A stretch of 64,000 nucleotides of DNA, taken from positions 34,253-98,252 of the IMG/VR virus record IMGVR_UViG_3300040801_004562; one strand, written 5' to 3'. The translations under genes were made by a program, and so were the position numbers. This document shows, piece by piece, positions 18,173 through 28,425 of this stretch (the first letter of the stretch is position 1; each line of letters opens with the position of its first letter). The notes under the pieces are model-generated. The model was given only the letters and a program-made list of their open reading frames with translations, had not been told where the DNA came from and did not search any database. The DNA is from a virus.

Positions 18173-18605
18173 GAAGATCGTTGTTCGACTCTGGCAGTTG
18201 CTGAGTGGCGTTTCTGGGGTCCGTATGACCTCCAGGAATCCCATCAACCCGCCAAGAGAATCGGATCTACCTTGCATCAATTTCTTCGAGATGGCCGATA
18301 CCGTCAAGGATGTACAGAAAAGAGGGGCCTCCCAATTCCCCGCCTACAAGCGTGAGCTGTCCGTTGTAATAGAAGCGTTCCAGGTTGGAGAATCGGAGCA
18401 TGCGGCCTCCAGTGCAGTCGTTGACTTCATGTCCGAAATAAAAAAGAGCATTTATTCCAGCGGGGTCACTCTCGGGCTTCCTGGAGTTGAGATCGTTGAG
18501 AAAGACGCCGGAAGGATACTGAGGCCCCCCGGACTCGAAAAGGTTGCCGGTTTGGGGATCTCGGTTGGAATCCGTTATATCGAAGATGTCTCGAAACTGT
18601 TTTAA
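18159..18605 (+). CDS. tail terminator
   Basis: DLPCINF motif; synteny before the tail tube. Confidence 0.65.
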   Translation: MQEREKIVVRLWQLLSGVSGVRMTSRNPINPPRESDLPCINFFEMADTVKDVQKRGASQFPAYKRELSVVIEAFQVGESEHAASSAVVDFMSEIKKSIYSSGVTLGLPGVEIVEKDAGRILRPPGLEKVAGLGISVGIRYIEDVSKLF

Positions 18606-18607
18606 AA

Positions 18608-18623
18608 TTGCAAACGTTTGCAA
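18608..18623. promoter_or_regulatory. 16-bp palindrome, copy 5
   Basis: Perfect; between tail terminator and tail tube genes. Confidence 0.85.
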
Positions 18624-18640
18624 AATGGAGGACTTAAATC

Positions 18641-19183
18641 ATGCCTGCTAACCCGCACAGTACGACCCTCTACCAGCTCGGGAAGGGCATTCTGTACATT
18701 GCAGAATGGAATGGATCGACTCCGCCCGATGTTGGTGCCTTCTCAGACGTCGGCAACTGCCCCCGTTTTGAGGTGGAGGTCTCCGAGGAGAAGCTGGACC
18801 ACTACAGCTCCCGGTCCGGAGTCAAGCAGAAGGACAAGACCGTTACCCTGGAGATTGGGTACACGGTGAACTTTGATCTGGATGAGGTTTCTATCGGCAA
18901 CCTCGCCCGGTACCTGCGCGGCACCCTTACCGGGAGCAAGATCAATGCGCTGACGGCCCTGGACAAGGAGTACGCTCTGAAGTTTGTCTCCGACAACCCG
19001 GTCGGGGAGAACGAGAAATGGGAGATGTGGCGCGTCCGACTGACCCCTGGAGGACCCTTCAACCTGATTTCTGACGAGTGGAACGTGATGTCCTTCTCCG
19101 GTGAAGGTCTTGCCGACACCACGAATCACGCTATCAGCCCGTACTTTGACGTGAGCTGGTTCACCACCACTACCACAGTATAA
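18641..19183 (+). CDS. major tail tube protein; ends FTTTTTV
   Basis: LGKGILYI...DVGNCPRFE...HYSSRSG motifs; synteny. Confidence 0.85.
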   Translation: MPANPHSTTLYQLGKGILYIAEWNGSTPPDVGAFSDVGNCPRFEVEVSEEKLDHYSSRSGVKQKDKTVTLEIGYTVNFDLDEVSIGNLARYLRGTLTGSKINALTALDKEYALKFVSDNPVGENEKWEMWRVRLTPGGPFNLISDEWNVMSFSGEGLADTTNHAISPYFDVSWFTTTTTV

Positions 19184-19316
19184 GTCGAGACCGCTCAACG
19201 TCCGCACTTCCCGGTGCAAGGCGGAGCACCCTCGGCACCCACCTGATTCAGTTTAATGGCGCAGACCTTCTGGCCGCAAGCCCACGAAGCTGCGTAACAT
19301 TATGAATGGAGGCAAC

Positions 19317-19709
19317 ATGACGGACCCCACACCCACGAGGGACCCCCTCGAAGTTTTATTCCCTGAAAAAACTCTGACCGCCAGCGGTCTTACCATCAAA
19401 ATTACCCCCCTGAGTTTGCAGAATCTGCCCAAGGTTGTGGAGGCATTCGGTGTCCTTATGCGACTTGCCGAGGCCAATATGCCGCCCTCTCAGATTGCAA
19501 CGGCGGCGATGAAAGAGCTGCTCGAAATCTTACCCTATTGCCTTGACGTTCCGATTGAGAAAATTCCCGCTTCTTTGGCCCCCGAGATAATTGATATCGT
19601 TCTTGATCAAAACTTGACCGAGGCCGTCGTGGGAAAGTGGACAGCTCTGATCCAAAGAATCGCAAAGTCCGTCACGCAGGGTCAGAGCCAAATAGTGACA
19701 GAACACTAA
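19317..19709 (+). CDS. tail assembly chaperone (gpG-like)
   Basis: Between tube and tape measure; contains an in-frame G GGA AAG. Confidence 0.8.
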   Translation: MTDPTPTRDPLEVLFPEKTLTASGLTIKITPLSLQNLPKVVEAFGVLMRLAEANMPPSQIATAAMKELLEILPYCLDVPIEKIPASLAPEIIDIVLDQNLTEAVVGKWTALIQRIAKSVTQGQSQIVTEH

Positions 19710-19984
19710 GCGAACTTGTTGCCCTGCACGTGGAGTTGCTCATCAGTGAGGGGCACAGCTTCTCTGAGATCAAAGGATACTCGTTTCCGCAACTCCTGCT
19801 TTTTGTCAGCCTGATCCATGACAGATGGCGGAGGGAGGCCGAGGCCATCCGATCCCAGGACGGGAAAAAGACCGATGGCGACGAAGGACGTACAATTAAG
19901 ACTAGTTATCTCGGCCGTAAACGAGGCCGGGGCGAAGCTGAAGGAAATCGGAAACCAGCTAAGCTCCGTCAGCAAAAACGCTGA
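19631..19984 (+). CDS. tail chaperone frameshift extension (gpGT-like), -1 shift at GGGAAAG 19631-19637
   Basis: Slippery heptamer identical to lambda G-T; the -1 frame is open to 19984. Confidence 0.8.
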   Translation, partial: GKVDSSDPKNRKVRHAGSEPNSDRTLSELVALHVELLISEGHSFSEIKGYSFPQLLLFVSLIHDRWRREAEAIRSQDGKKTDGDEGRTIKTSYLGRKRGRGEAEGNRKPAKLRQQKR

Positions 19985-22900
19985 AGAGGTTACCAAAGCG
20001 TCCAAAAAAATCGGCGATGCAGGTGCTGCAAGCGTTGATAAATTCGGGAAGGCCCTCGACGACCTGAAGACCAAGATGGAGGGGGTCAAAAAGGTCGGGG
20101 ACAAGATGGTGAGCTTCGGCACCCAGCTCTCCCTTGTGGGAGCCGGGATGCTGAGCACCCTTGTCTTTCCTGTCACCAACGCCGCCAAGTTTGAGAAGCA
20201 GATGTCTGGGGTCCGTGCGGTAACTGAGGGGACCGCAGAGCAGTTTGTGACCCTTGCGAACAAGGCCAAGAAACTCGGTGCGGAGACCAAGTTTACTGCT
20301 GTCCAGGCTGCTGAAGGTCTGAAACTCCTGGGGCAGGGCGGTCTCAATGCCGAGCAGGCTCTGATTGCTTTGGAGCCCGTTCTGAACCTTGCCGCTGCCG
20401 GTGAGCTGGAACTGGCGGAGGCAGCCTCTGTTGCCATGAGCGTCATGCAGGGGCTGGAGATGCCGGTCACGGAACTCGGTCGGATCACCGACGTCCTCGC
20501 CAAAGCCGCCGCAGTATCCACCACTGAAGTCTCCGATATGGGTGAGGCGTTCTCCTATGTTGCCGGGGACATTGCCACTGTCCGTATGCCACTTGAGCAG
20601 GCCGGTGCTTTTCTTGCCGTCCTGGCTGATGGTGCCCAGAAGGGCACCCGTGGCGGTACGGCCCTTCGAGGTGTCCTGTCTGGTCTTGCCGGGCGGATCG
20701 TCCCCCGGGCGGCTGAGGCTTTTGATCGTCTCGGTGTCTCCGTCTCCCGGAACGCGGACGGTACGGTTGACTTCATAAAAACCCTGGAGGACCTGCACAA
20801 AGCCGGGGCCGGACTACCGGAATGGCAGGTGATCTTTGGGGAAAGCTACGGCGCGTACGCTGCCGGGCTTGCCCGGAATGTGGACAAACTCAGGAAGAAC
20901 GAACAGGTACTCAAGGATGCGACCGGGGCCGGGAAGGAGATGGCCCATATTCTTGAGGACAATTTGGTCGGTGCGTTTACCCGCCTGAAATCTGCTGCAG
21001 AAGGGGCTTCCATTGCAATCGGTGACCCGCTTCTGAAGCCCCTCAAAGAGATTACGGATGCGGTCGCTGGGGTGATGGGGGCCATTACCAAGTGGATGAA
21101 CTTGAACCCAATCTTTGCCTCCACCATGGCCACCGTGATCGGCGGGATTGGAGGGATAGCCCTTGCCATCGGAGCGGTTCTGATCCCCCTCGGCCTGCTT
21201 GTCCGTTTGGTCGCCACTGCTTTGGGGGGTCTCGGGGTTTTGCGTACGGCCTCCATTGCGGCCGCTGCCGGTCTCCGGAACTTTGCCGCCGCGACCTACG
21301 CGGCAGCCACGGCAGGAACCGCCCTTTCCACTGCCTTTGTCGCCCTCGCTGCTGCCTGGGGCGCCTTCCAGATTTATAAAGCGGTCGAAGCCTTTATCCA
21401 GTGGCGGCAGGCCGCAGCCATGGCGGCCGAGTCCACCCGCCGACTTGTTGAACAATCTGAAGCCCTCCTTTCCAAGCATGCCGGTTTGAAGGATTTCAAG
21501 CTCCCGGCTGATTTTGCATCCAAATCAAACGAGGAGTTGAAGGACTTCCGGTCAAAACTCTGGGCTGCGACCACGTACGCCATGAGCCTGAAAAATCTCC
21601 TTGAGGAGAAAGCCAAGGAGACGAACTGGCTCGGGATGGTGACCGACGAGGCCAAAGCCGCAGAGGCGGAGCTGGTCGTTGTAAAGAAGCGCCTGGAGGA
21701 GCTGCAGGGTGCCCGGGCCGCCCTCGCTGCTGAACAACAGAAACGCGCTCCGGCGGCGGCTGTTCCAGAAGCCGAGCCCATAGATCCCAGAGCTGCGGCT
21801 GAGAAAAGAGCGGATGCTATCAAGGCAACCGAGAAGCTGCGTGTCTCCTTGATGGAGGAGGGCATCGCGAAGGTCAACGCCCTCCGGAAACTTGAACTTG
21901 CAGAGTTTGAGGCTTCCGAGGAAAAGAGGGTTTTGACCGCCCAGGAAGCACAGGATCGAATTAACCTGATCAACCAGTCTTTTGACAAGAAGATCGATGA
22001 GACCAAGAAGGCGCTTGCGGAAAAATCGATCAACGTCACCAGACAGATTCGGGAAAAGGAGATCCAGGTTGCCCGTGAGATGTCGGAAACTGAACTTCGG
22101 GCGCTCGAAGATGGGTACCAGCGGGGCAATGTCTCCCTTGCCGCCTTCCTTGAAGAGCGGCGCGAAATCAAGCTTTCGAGTTACGACGCGGACATAGCAG
22201 AGATCAACAAGAAGATCGAAGAGGAACTCGACCCGGACAAGAAGCGGGTTATCCAATTTGAACTCCAGGTTGCAGAGGCAAAACGCGCCTCGGCCTCTAC
22301 GGAACTCGATATTCAGGACCGGCAAGCCTATGAATCCAAACTCCAGCAGGAGAGGGATTTCCAGACTGAACTGAACCAAATCAAGCAGGAGGTTGCCGGG
22401 GCCTTTGACGTTGAAGCGGCCTTTGAACTTGAAAAACAGGCCATTATCAAACAGAACGAGTGGAGGCTTGCTGAATACGAGAGGATGGGGATCGAGAAGG
22501 GGCAGCTCCTGGAGATGGCGGCGGCCCAGGAGGAACAGCTCCAACTTCGGGTGGCCGAGCACGAGAAGCAGGTTCTGACGGCGCGGCTTGATGCTGCGTC
22601 AGAGATCGCCGGTAACATAGAGTCCACCTTTGCTGACCTGTACTCGGCCTCTGATGAGCAGGTCAAGGCGTTCTTTTACATCCAGAAGGCTGCCGCCTTT
22701 GCCGAAGCCCTGATCAGCGCGTACTCTGCGGCGAATAAGGCCCTGAACTCCCCTCTTGCCTCCGTATCCCCGACCATGGCACAGGCCATGTCTGCCACCA
22801 TCCTTGCTGCTGGTATGGCACGGGCTGCGATGATTGCGGCCACCACGATCAAAGCGGCTGAGGGCGGGCTGATCAAAGTCGACCGTCCAAATGGGCCCCC

Positions 22901-23531
22901 CATCCTGGTGCGGAGATTTGCGGACGGAGGCTCAACTTCTGGAAGGAAAGCCCCGGTTAAAGCTTCCTCGGTAACCCGCCTCACCCCCGCTGCAAAGAGA
23001 AAGTCCAAGGAGCACCCTGTTGAAATCCTTGTTCGTGCCCGGGAGCTGGGGGCTGCACTCACCCCGACCCGCCTGCCGACGACCACCAGATCTGGGATTG
23101 TTCGGGGGCCGAAGGGACGTGACGTCATCCCGGCGTGGTTGACCGACAATGAGTATGTGATGAACCCGAGGGCGGTGGAAAAATACGGTGTCGGGTTTAT
23201 GGAGGCACTGAACCGCCGGTTGATTGACATGCGCGATATCATGTCCCCGACTGTTCGCCTCTCCAGGACCGTGGTGCTTGCGAAGCATGGCGTACCGGTT
23301 TACCGGGCTGAGGGCGGTCCGGTAGGATCAGCGCCGTCAAGCCGGGGCGGGTCGGCCGGTGGGGGAGGTTCCGGCCAGGGTGCTGCGGCCCAGCCGGTCA
23401 ATATTGTCAATGTCGTTGATTCCAGCCTGATGGATCAGTACCTGTCGAGCAATTCCGGCCAAAAGATGGTGCTGAATATCCTGTCGGCCAATCAGCCCGC
23501 CGCTCAGCGTGCGATCATGGGGAGAACGTAA
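19875..23531 (+). CDS. tape measure protein (TP901-type)
   Basis: FEKQMSGVRAV...ETKFTAVQAAEGL...GTRGGTALR; Ala-rich helical; ~1218 aa from the likely start. Confidence 0.93.
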   Translation: MATKDVQLRLVISAVNEAGAKLKEIGNQLSSVSKNAEEVTKASKKIGDAGAASVDKFGKALDDLKTKMEGVKKVGDKMVSFGTQLSLVGAGMLSTLVFPVTNAAKFEKQMSGVRAVTEGTAEQFVTLANKAKKLGAETKFTAVQAAEGLKLLGQGGLNAEQALIALEPVLNLAAAGELELAEAASVAMSVMQGLEMPVTELGRITDVLAKAAAVSTTEVSDMGEAFSYVAGDIATVRMPLEQAGAFLAVLADGAQKGTRGGTALRGVLSGLAGRIVPRAAEAFDRLGVSVSRNADGTVDFIKTLEDLHKAGAGLPEWQVIFGESYGAYAAGLARNVDKLRKNEQVLKDATGAGKEMAHILEDNLVGAFTRLKSAAEGASIAIGDPLLKPLKEITDAVAGVMGAITKWMNLNPIFASTMATVIGGIGGIALAIGAVLIPLGLLVRLVATALGGLGVLRTASIAAAAGLRNFAAATYAAATAGTALSTAFVALAAAWGAFQIYKAVEAFIQWRQAAAMAAESTRRLVEQSEALLSKHAGLKDFKLPADFASKSNEELKDFRSKLWAATTYAMSLKNLLEEKAKETNWLGMVTDEAKAAEAELVVVKKRLEELQGARAALAAEQQKRAPAAAVPEAEPIDPRAAAEKRADAIKATEKLRVSLMEEGIAKVNALRKLELAEFEASEEKRVLTAQEAQDRINLINQSFDKKIDETKKALAEKSINVTRQIREKEIQVAREMSETELRALEDGYQRGNVSLAAFLEERREIKLSSYDADIAEINKKIEEELDPDKKRVIQFELQVAEAKRASASTELDIQDRQAYESKLQQERDFQTELNQIKQEVAGAFDVEAAFELEKQAIIKQNEWRLAEYERMGIEKGQLLEMAAAQEEQLQLRVAEHEKQVLTARLDAASEIAGNIESTFADLYSASDEQVKAFFYIQKAAAFAEALISAYSAANKALNSPLASVSPTMAQAMSATILAAGMARAAMIAATTIKAAEGGLIKVDRPNGPPILVRRFADGGSTSGRKAPVKASSVTRLTPAAKRKSKEHPVEILVRARELGAALTPTRLPTTTRSGIVRGPKGRDVIPAWLTDNEYVMNPRAVEKYGVGFMEALNRRLIDMRDIMSPTVRLSRTVVLAKHGVPVYRAEGGPVGSAPSSRGGSAGGGGSGQGAAAQPVNIVNVVDSSLMDQYLSSNSGQKMVLNILSANQPAAQRAIMGRT

Positions 23532-24503
23532 ATGAGTTTGTTGATCACTCCGGCTTACACGACCGGATCGGTTCCAGGGTTCGCAGGTGCCACCGGCCTG
23601 CTGCAGACGATCGTTGCCTACGTGACCGGTGCTCCAGGTACTCCCGGTCGGGACTGGACCGTGGAGATGAACCGGGACATCACCGACAACGTTGGAAACC
23701 CGATTGTTACCTCGCCGCAGTTGAAAGAGGTGATCCTGTCCAATACTGGAATTTCTGGGCTGGAGAACATCATAGTGGCGATGCGGGAGTACCAATACCC
23801 GTCGAACTCGGAATGGGGAATCGAGCTGAATGGCCACGTTGTCGTTCCAAGCGGCTGGAATGCTGATGCTGCAGCCACGCATAACAAGATAGGCTGGGAT
23901 GCTGACCGTAAGCACTGGAAAGACCTCCCGCACGTTCAGGCTGCTGATCAGCAGATGGACTACTGGATTTATTCGACCCAGGAGTTCATTGGGTTCTGTG
24001 TCCGTGTGGGGACGTCCTACTTCCAAGGCTACCTCGGAAACGGTGCCCGCCTTGGAACTCCGTCCGAGTACCCGAATCCGCTTTACATCGCAGGATCTGA
24101 AGTCGGGAATATTTCGTATCAGGCGGGAGGAAACGGACCAGTCCGGCCGAAGGATAACACGTATTTCCTTGTTGATCCAAATGGCGCTTTTCGATCCGGA
24201 ACAGACTGTGAAGTCCTGCCGATGCAGTTGGCTCCGATGTACACGGACAACACGCAAGTTGATGTGGCTCCAAACGGTGCGCTTGTCCTCTCCCCGGTTT
24301 ATGTCACCACGTCGCAGATTTTAGCCTTCCAGCTATGGAATACGTTCGCTGTGAGAGTGATGGCCCCGCAGCCAGAGAATTACTACGACGACATCAACGG
24401 ATTGCGATTCCGAATCTGGCCGCAGGGCAAGAACGACTACAATTACGACTTTATGGCGTTCTACGAGATTGATGCCGGGTATCTGACCTCGACGACCGTT
24501 TAA
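23532..24503 (+). CDS. virion tail structural protein; ends LTSTTV
   Basis: Follows tape measure; beta-rich. Confidence 0.75.
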   Translation: MSLLITPAYTTGSVPGFAGATGLLQTIVAYVTGAPGTPGRDWTVEMNRDITDNVGNPIVTSPQLKEVILSNTGISGLENIIVAMREYQYPSNSEWGIELNGHVVVPSGWNADAAATHNKIGWDADRKHWKDLPHVQAADQQMDYWIYSTQEFIGFCVRVGTSYFQGYLGNGARLGTPSEYPNPLYIAGSEVGNISYQAGGNGPVRPKDNTYFLVDPNGAFRSGTDCEVLPMQLAPMYTDNTQVDVAPNGALVLSPVYVTTSQILAFQLWNTFAVRVMAPQPENYYDDINGLRFRIWPQGKNDYNYDFMAFYEIDAGYLTSTTV

Positions 24504-24514
24504 GGAGAATTCCG

Positions 24515-25612
24515 TTGCTGCTGGATTACGTTACATACACGAACTTGACCGGATGTTCTGATTTCTTCAACAAGCTTCGCCTCTGGGCTGTATCTAAAGG
24601 GTGGACCCAAGAGGAGTGGTTGGAGAATGTGACTTGGGGAACGTCTCCTTATGGTTGGAAGACAGATTCAAGAGCGGATTTTCTTCAGCTCTCCAAGACC
24701 GGCTATGGGACTCAGAATTTGATCGCTGCTATTTCCTCTATGATAAAGGAGGATTATCCGTCGTGTAGCCTTGCCATCTGTATGCGGAGCCAGACTGCGT
24801 ACGAAACATCCTCTAGCAAGCATCCGATGAACCAGAACCCGCTGGTTGGAATGATAAGTTCGCTAACTGCGGACAGCTTGTTTTATCAAGGAGTAAATAA
24901 TGCTTGTGGCGGTCTTGATCTCACCGCGTCGGATAACATCCCACAAGCGTGGTTTTTTGCGGGGCCACACTGGATTTGTGCCGTCGCTAAAATGAGTGAA
25001 GAGTTCTGTCAGATGATGCACTTCGGGTCGTTTGAGATGTTTGAAGACAACCCGTCTCAGGGCCAGTGTTTCGGCATGACCACCACTGTTTATGGTCCTG
25101 GTTCTTATGAGTACGATACAAGTTGGAAGACTGGATGGGAGCGCCGTCTCTTCTTTACCACCCCCTTTTCTTCCGGGAAGAAGAGTGGATTCAGCTACTA
25201 CACGAACCACGGACTCGGGTTTTACTACTTCAACCGTGCGTCGATTGCTCCGTACGGAACGAATTACATTTACCATCGCGACAACTGCCACGTTTACTTT
25301 GGGGATTACTGGTCCGCATCGTCCGGAGGGAATGAGCTGCTTGGCGTTTCTGGGGCAGTTCTTTCGAACCACTTTTCAGCAAAGCGACCAATGATCAAGC
25401 CGATTTTTGCCATCCAACGTCCTGCTGATAGCGTTTGGGTTCCTGTTTTCAAAGCTCCTGTTTGGTGCCTAAATACTGCGGGGCTTGAAATTGGACAGCA
25501 GCTTGAGCAGGACGGATCGAAGTACCTCGTATTTCCGTTCCCGACGATTTATACCCCGCAGGGATACGCCTTTTGTATTGATGACGGCACCCTTACCACG
25601 ACGACGGTTTAA
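24515..25612 (+). CDS. virion tail structural protein (paralog A); ends TLTTTTV
   Basis: Strong similarity to 25624..26721. Confidence 0.8.
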   Translation: MLLDYVTYTNLTGCSDFFNKLRLWAVSKGWTQEEWLENVTWGTSPYGWKTDSRADFLQLSKTGYGTQNLIAAISSMIKEDYPSCSLAICMRSQTAYETSSSKHPMNQNPLVGMISSLTADSLFYQGVNNACGGLDLTASDNIPQAWFFAGPHWICAVAKMSEEFCQMMHFGSFEMFEDNPSQGQCFGMTTTVYGPGSYEYDTSWKTGWERRLFFTTPFSSGKKSGFSYYTNHGLGFYYFNRASIAPYGTNYIYHRDNCHVYFGDYWSASSGGNELLGVSGAVLSNHFSAKRPMIKPIFAIQRPADSVWVPVFKAPVWCLNTAGLEIGQQLEQDGSKYLVFPFPTIYTPQGYAFCIDDGTLTTTTV

Positions 25613-25623
25613 GGAGGTCAGTT

Positions 25624-26721
25624 TTGCTGTTGGATTACACGGTTTACACGAACGTCGTTGGACTGGCGGACTTCTTCGATAAGCTTCGTGGATGGTGCAT
25701 TTCCCACGGATGGACGGAGGAGGAGTGGATTCCAGAAGTCACCTGGGCGACTATAACGGGCACGGGTGCATGGAGATCCTATTCTGACGGCGGTTTCCTT
25801 CAAATGTCAAAGACCGGTTATGGGACTCAGAATCTGATCGTATCCCTTGCCTGCGTTGCTCGGGAGGCATTTGGTGCTCATGGGATCAATGGTAGCATGC
25901 GAAGCCAGCTCGCTTATGAGGCGAATTATTTTGGCGCCCAGGAAAATCCGATATGCCAGAACGCTATTGCGGGTCCGCCTGTATCGTGTGCCGAAAATTT
26001 ATTCTACAGCCTGGGGAATAATACTGGTGGGTTTGATGTTGGCCGATCTTCACTTATACCGAAAGTTTGGTTCTTTGCTGGGCCTCATTGGATTTGCGTC
26101 GTTACCCAGATGAATTCGGTTTACTCGCAAATGATGCACTTTGGCTCATTTGAGATGTACGAGGACAACCCATCCCAAGGTCAGGTTTTCGGGTTGTCGA
26201 CGCAGAATCTGTCGGTCAAAATTGGATCAACGTACTACGACAATTGGGCATGGAGTGTGTATCCGTCGTTGTCGAAGGCCGTGATTCCGTTTTCTACTGG
26301 GTACGTGGGTAGTTTTGGTTACGACTGGATTTTTGGCAGCTACTTTTACTACCACTCCAGAACTGAGAACCACACGTACGATAACATATGGAGAATGCGC
26401 GATAACTGCAATATTGATGAGACGAATTATGGGTCGGAGAGCAACTTGGGAATTCCCGTTATGGATCTTGGACCGGCCGTCAAGGCGAATCATTACTCAG
26501 AAAAGCGCCCTCTGCTAAAGCCTGTTTATTACATCTCTCATCCTGTTGAGAACGGTCCGTTGGATAATGTCTGGCAGCCGATCTGCCGCGCCCCTGTCTG
26601 GTGCACTCGGTTCAGCGGTCTGCAAATCGGATCTGAACTGACCTACGGAAGTGAAAAGTATCTTGTATTTCCGGCTCGGACTGTAAACTCGACCTACGGA
26701 TACGCGTTTAGGATAGCATGA
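25624..26721 (+). CDS. virion tail structural protein (paralog B); no Thr tag
   Basis: Shares MLLDY, SKTGYGTQNLI, WFFAGPHWIC, QMMHFGSFEM with paralog A. Confidence 0.8.
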   Translation: MLLDYTVYTNVVGLADFFDKLRGWCISHGWTEEEWIPEVTWATITGTGAWRSYSDGGFLQMSKTGYGTQNLIVSLACVAREAFGAHGINGSMRSQLAYEANYFGAQENPICQNAIAGPPVSCAENLFYSLGNNTGGFDVGRSSLIPKVWFFAGPHWICVVTQMNSVYSQMMHFGSFEMYEDNPSQGQVFGLSTQNLSVKIGSTYYDNWAWSVYPSLSKAVIPFSTGYVGSFGYDWIFGSYFYYHSRTENHTYDNIWRMRDNCNIDETNYGSESNLGIPVMDLGPAVKANHYSEKRPLLKPVYYISHPVENGPLDNVWQPICRAPVWCTRFSGLQIGSELTYGSEKYLVFPARTVNSTYGYAFRIA

Positions 26722-27806
26722 GCAAATATCTGACGATCCATTCCGATGCCCCCGCAGGTGATGGGGGAGTTTTGGCTCAGGCTACTGTAGCTGATGTCAT
26801 TCCGAAAGATATGTCGGTTGCTGTTACGGACATGCTGGCCGAGACAACCGAAGAATATCCGATGGACACTGGTGGAGAAGTCACGATCTTTCGGAAGCCG
26901 AGCCATAAAGAGCCTGACCTTGCATTTTCCGAATTGTCAGCAGGAGACCTGATTTACAACCGAATTTGGACGACGCAGCATATCGACTTCGCGCTGATCA
27001 ACGAAGAGATGTCCAATGTGATTTCGATCTGGAACGCCTACATAGACCGCAGCGTTGAACTGACCACCATCAATGATCCAGGTGAATCTGGACTGTTTCT
27101 TTCCACCGTGACGACGCCGTTTTCGATGACGCCGAATTACGAAGTTACCTTGACTGTGACGGCCTACCCGTCCGGGCCTGCGGTTCAGGAGACGACGTAT
27201 TCGTTCTTGGTTGACGGCCTCACCTTTGAAACGCTGGTTGAAGGCTGGCGGATTATCCAGTGGCTGGTGCATCCGGATTGGAGCCAGGGGGTGACGATCG
27301 AGTATGCCTTCAAAACGATCCTTTCCGCGAATCCGAAAAGAGCGAATGAGCAGCGCCGCCCGTTGTACGACAAATGGCTCAGGGCTGCCGAGTTTCAACT
27401 GTGGGAGAAGGGCCGGGCAGCGCACCGGGCACTGAATGATGTCAATGCCCATGCCGGGAAGATCTTCGCGGTGCCGATCTGGCCGGAGCGCTGCACGACG
27501 AATTCGACGATCTTTCAGCAGACTGCCCTTGTGATCAACGAAGACCTGTCGACAAAGATCAATATGCTGAACACTCAGTACATCATCGTGATTGACCCGG
27601 TTTTGCGGCTTGGGGAGGTGAAGGAGGTCAGCAACATTACTGGGCAGGTGGTGACTGTCGGGCTGTCTTTCAAGGTGAACTTTGCCCCCTCCCGTGCTGT
27701 GATCTACCCGGTCTTTTTGGGGATTCTGGAGAATTCCGGCCCCAGGTCCCTGACCGACAACGTGCTGAGTATGGGGATGCGGTTTCAGGAGGTGTTCGTT
27801 GGCTGA
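26718..27806 (+). CDS. minor tail protein
   Basis: PDWSQGVTIEYAFKT...EQRRPL motif; synteny. Confidence 0.75.
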   Translation: MSKYLTIHSDAPAGDGGVLAQATVADVIPKDMSVAVTDMLAETTEEYPMDTGGEVTIFRKPSHKEPDLAFSELSAGDLIYNRIWTTQHIDFALINEEMSNVISIWNAYIDRSVELTTINDPGESGLFLSTVTTPFSMTPNYEVTLTVTAYPSGPAVQETTYSFLVDGLTFETLVEGWRIIQWLVHPDWSQGVTIEYAFKTILSANPKRANEQRRPLYDKWLRAAEFQLWEKGRAAHRALNDVNAHAGKIFAVPIWPERCTTNSTIFQQTALVINEDLSTKINMLNTQYIIVIDPVLRLGEVKEVSNITGQVVTVGLSFKVNFAPSRAVIYPVFLGILENSGPRSLTDNVLSMGMRFQEVFVG

Positions 27807-28425
27807 TTCCATCACCGGTCTGGGAACGGGGATTCCGATCTTTTCTGCCCCGCTGGAGTGGAGTAAGGATGTTGCGTATGGGCTTGCGCCCTTTCGAACC
27901 ATTATCCAGTATCCAGGAACGATTACCTCGCTTTACGACAACGAGGAGATGAAGCCTGAATCCTTCTCGTTTACCGTCACCTTGATGGACGAAAGTGAGA
28001 TCTTTGCTTTCCTCGACTTCTTCAAGGCCCGGATGGGACGGTGGCAGAAGTTCTGGTACTTCATAGACCGGTCGGATTTCCTGCCACAAGACGATTTTGA
28101 CGTTGGGTCCTCCAGCATCAAGGTGCTCAATGATGGGTACGCCGCCTTTGAGAACCACCGGCTTTGCATCTACTTGTGGAATGGGGACAAGATCGTCCGG
28201 GAGATAACGAATGCAGTCCCTGCCCTTGACGGATCGTACATCAGTCTGGATCTGGACTTGGCCATGGATCGGACCGTTCTGATGGACGACGTGATGATGA
28301 TTGGACGGGTCGTACTGTGCCGGTTCGACGTTGACAGCATTCAGATGGAGTACCTGTCTGTCTCCAAGGCGATCGCCAGCATCAGGTTCTATGAGCTGGT
28401 GAAAGAATATTCGGAGGTTGCATGA
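27799..28425 (+). CDS. distal tail-like protein (DUF2460-like)
   Basis: FLDFFKARMGRWQKFW motif. Confidence 0.7.
   Translation: MADSITGLGTGIPIFSAPLEWSKDVAYGLAPFRTIIQYPGTITSLYDNEEMKPESFSFTVTLMDESEIFAFLDFFKARMGRWQKFWYFIDRSDFLPQDDFDVGSSSIKVLNDGYAAFENHRLCIYLWNGDKIVREITNAVPALDGSYISLDLDLAMDRTVLMDDVMMIGRVVLCRFDVDSIQMEYLSVSKAIASIRFYELVKEYSEVA

Noticed and set aside
24515-26721. Diversity-generating retroelement TR/VR pair
   Set aside because: Both are full-length paralogous genes, differences are not adenine-specific, and there is no reverse transcriptase in the window
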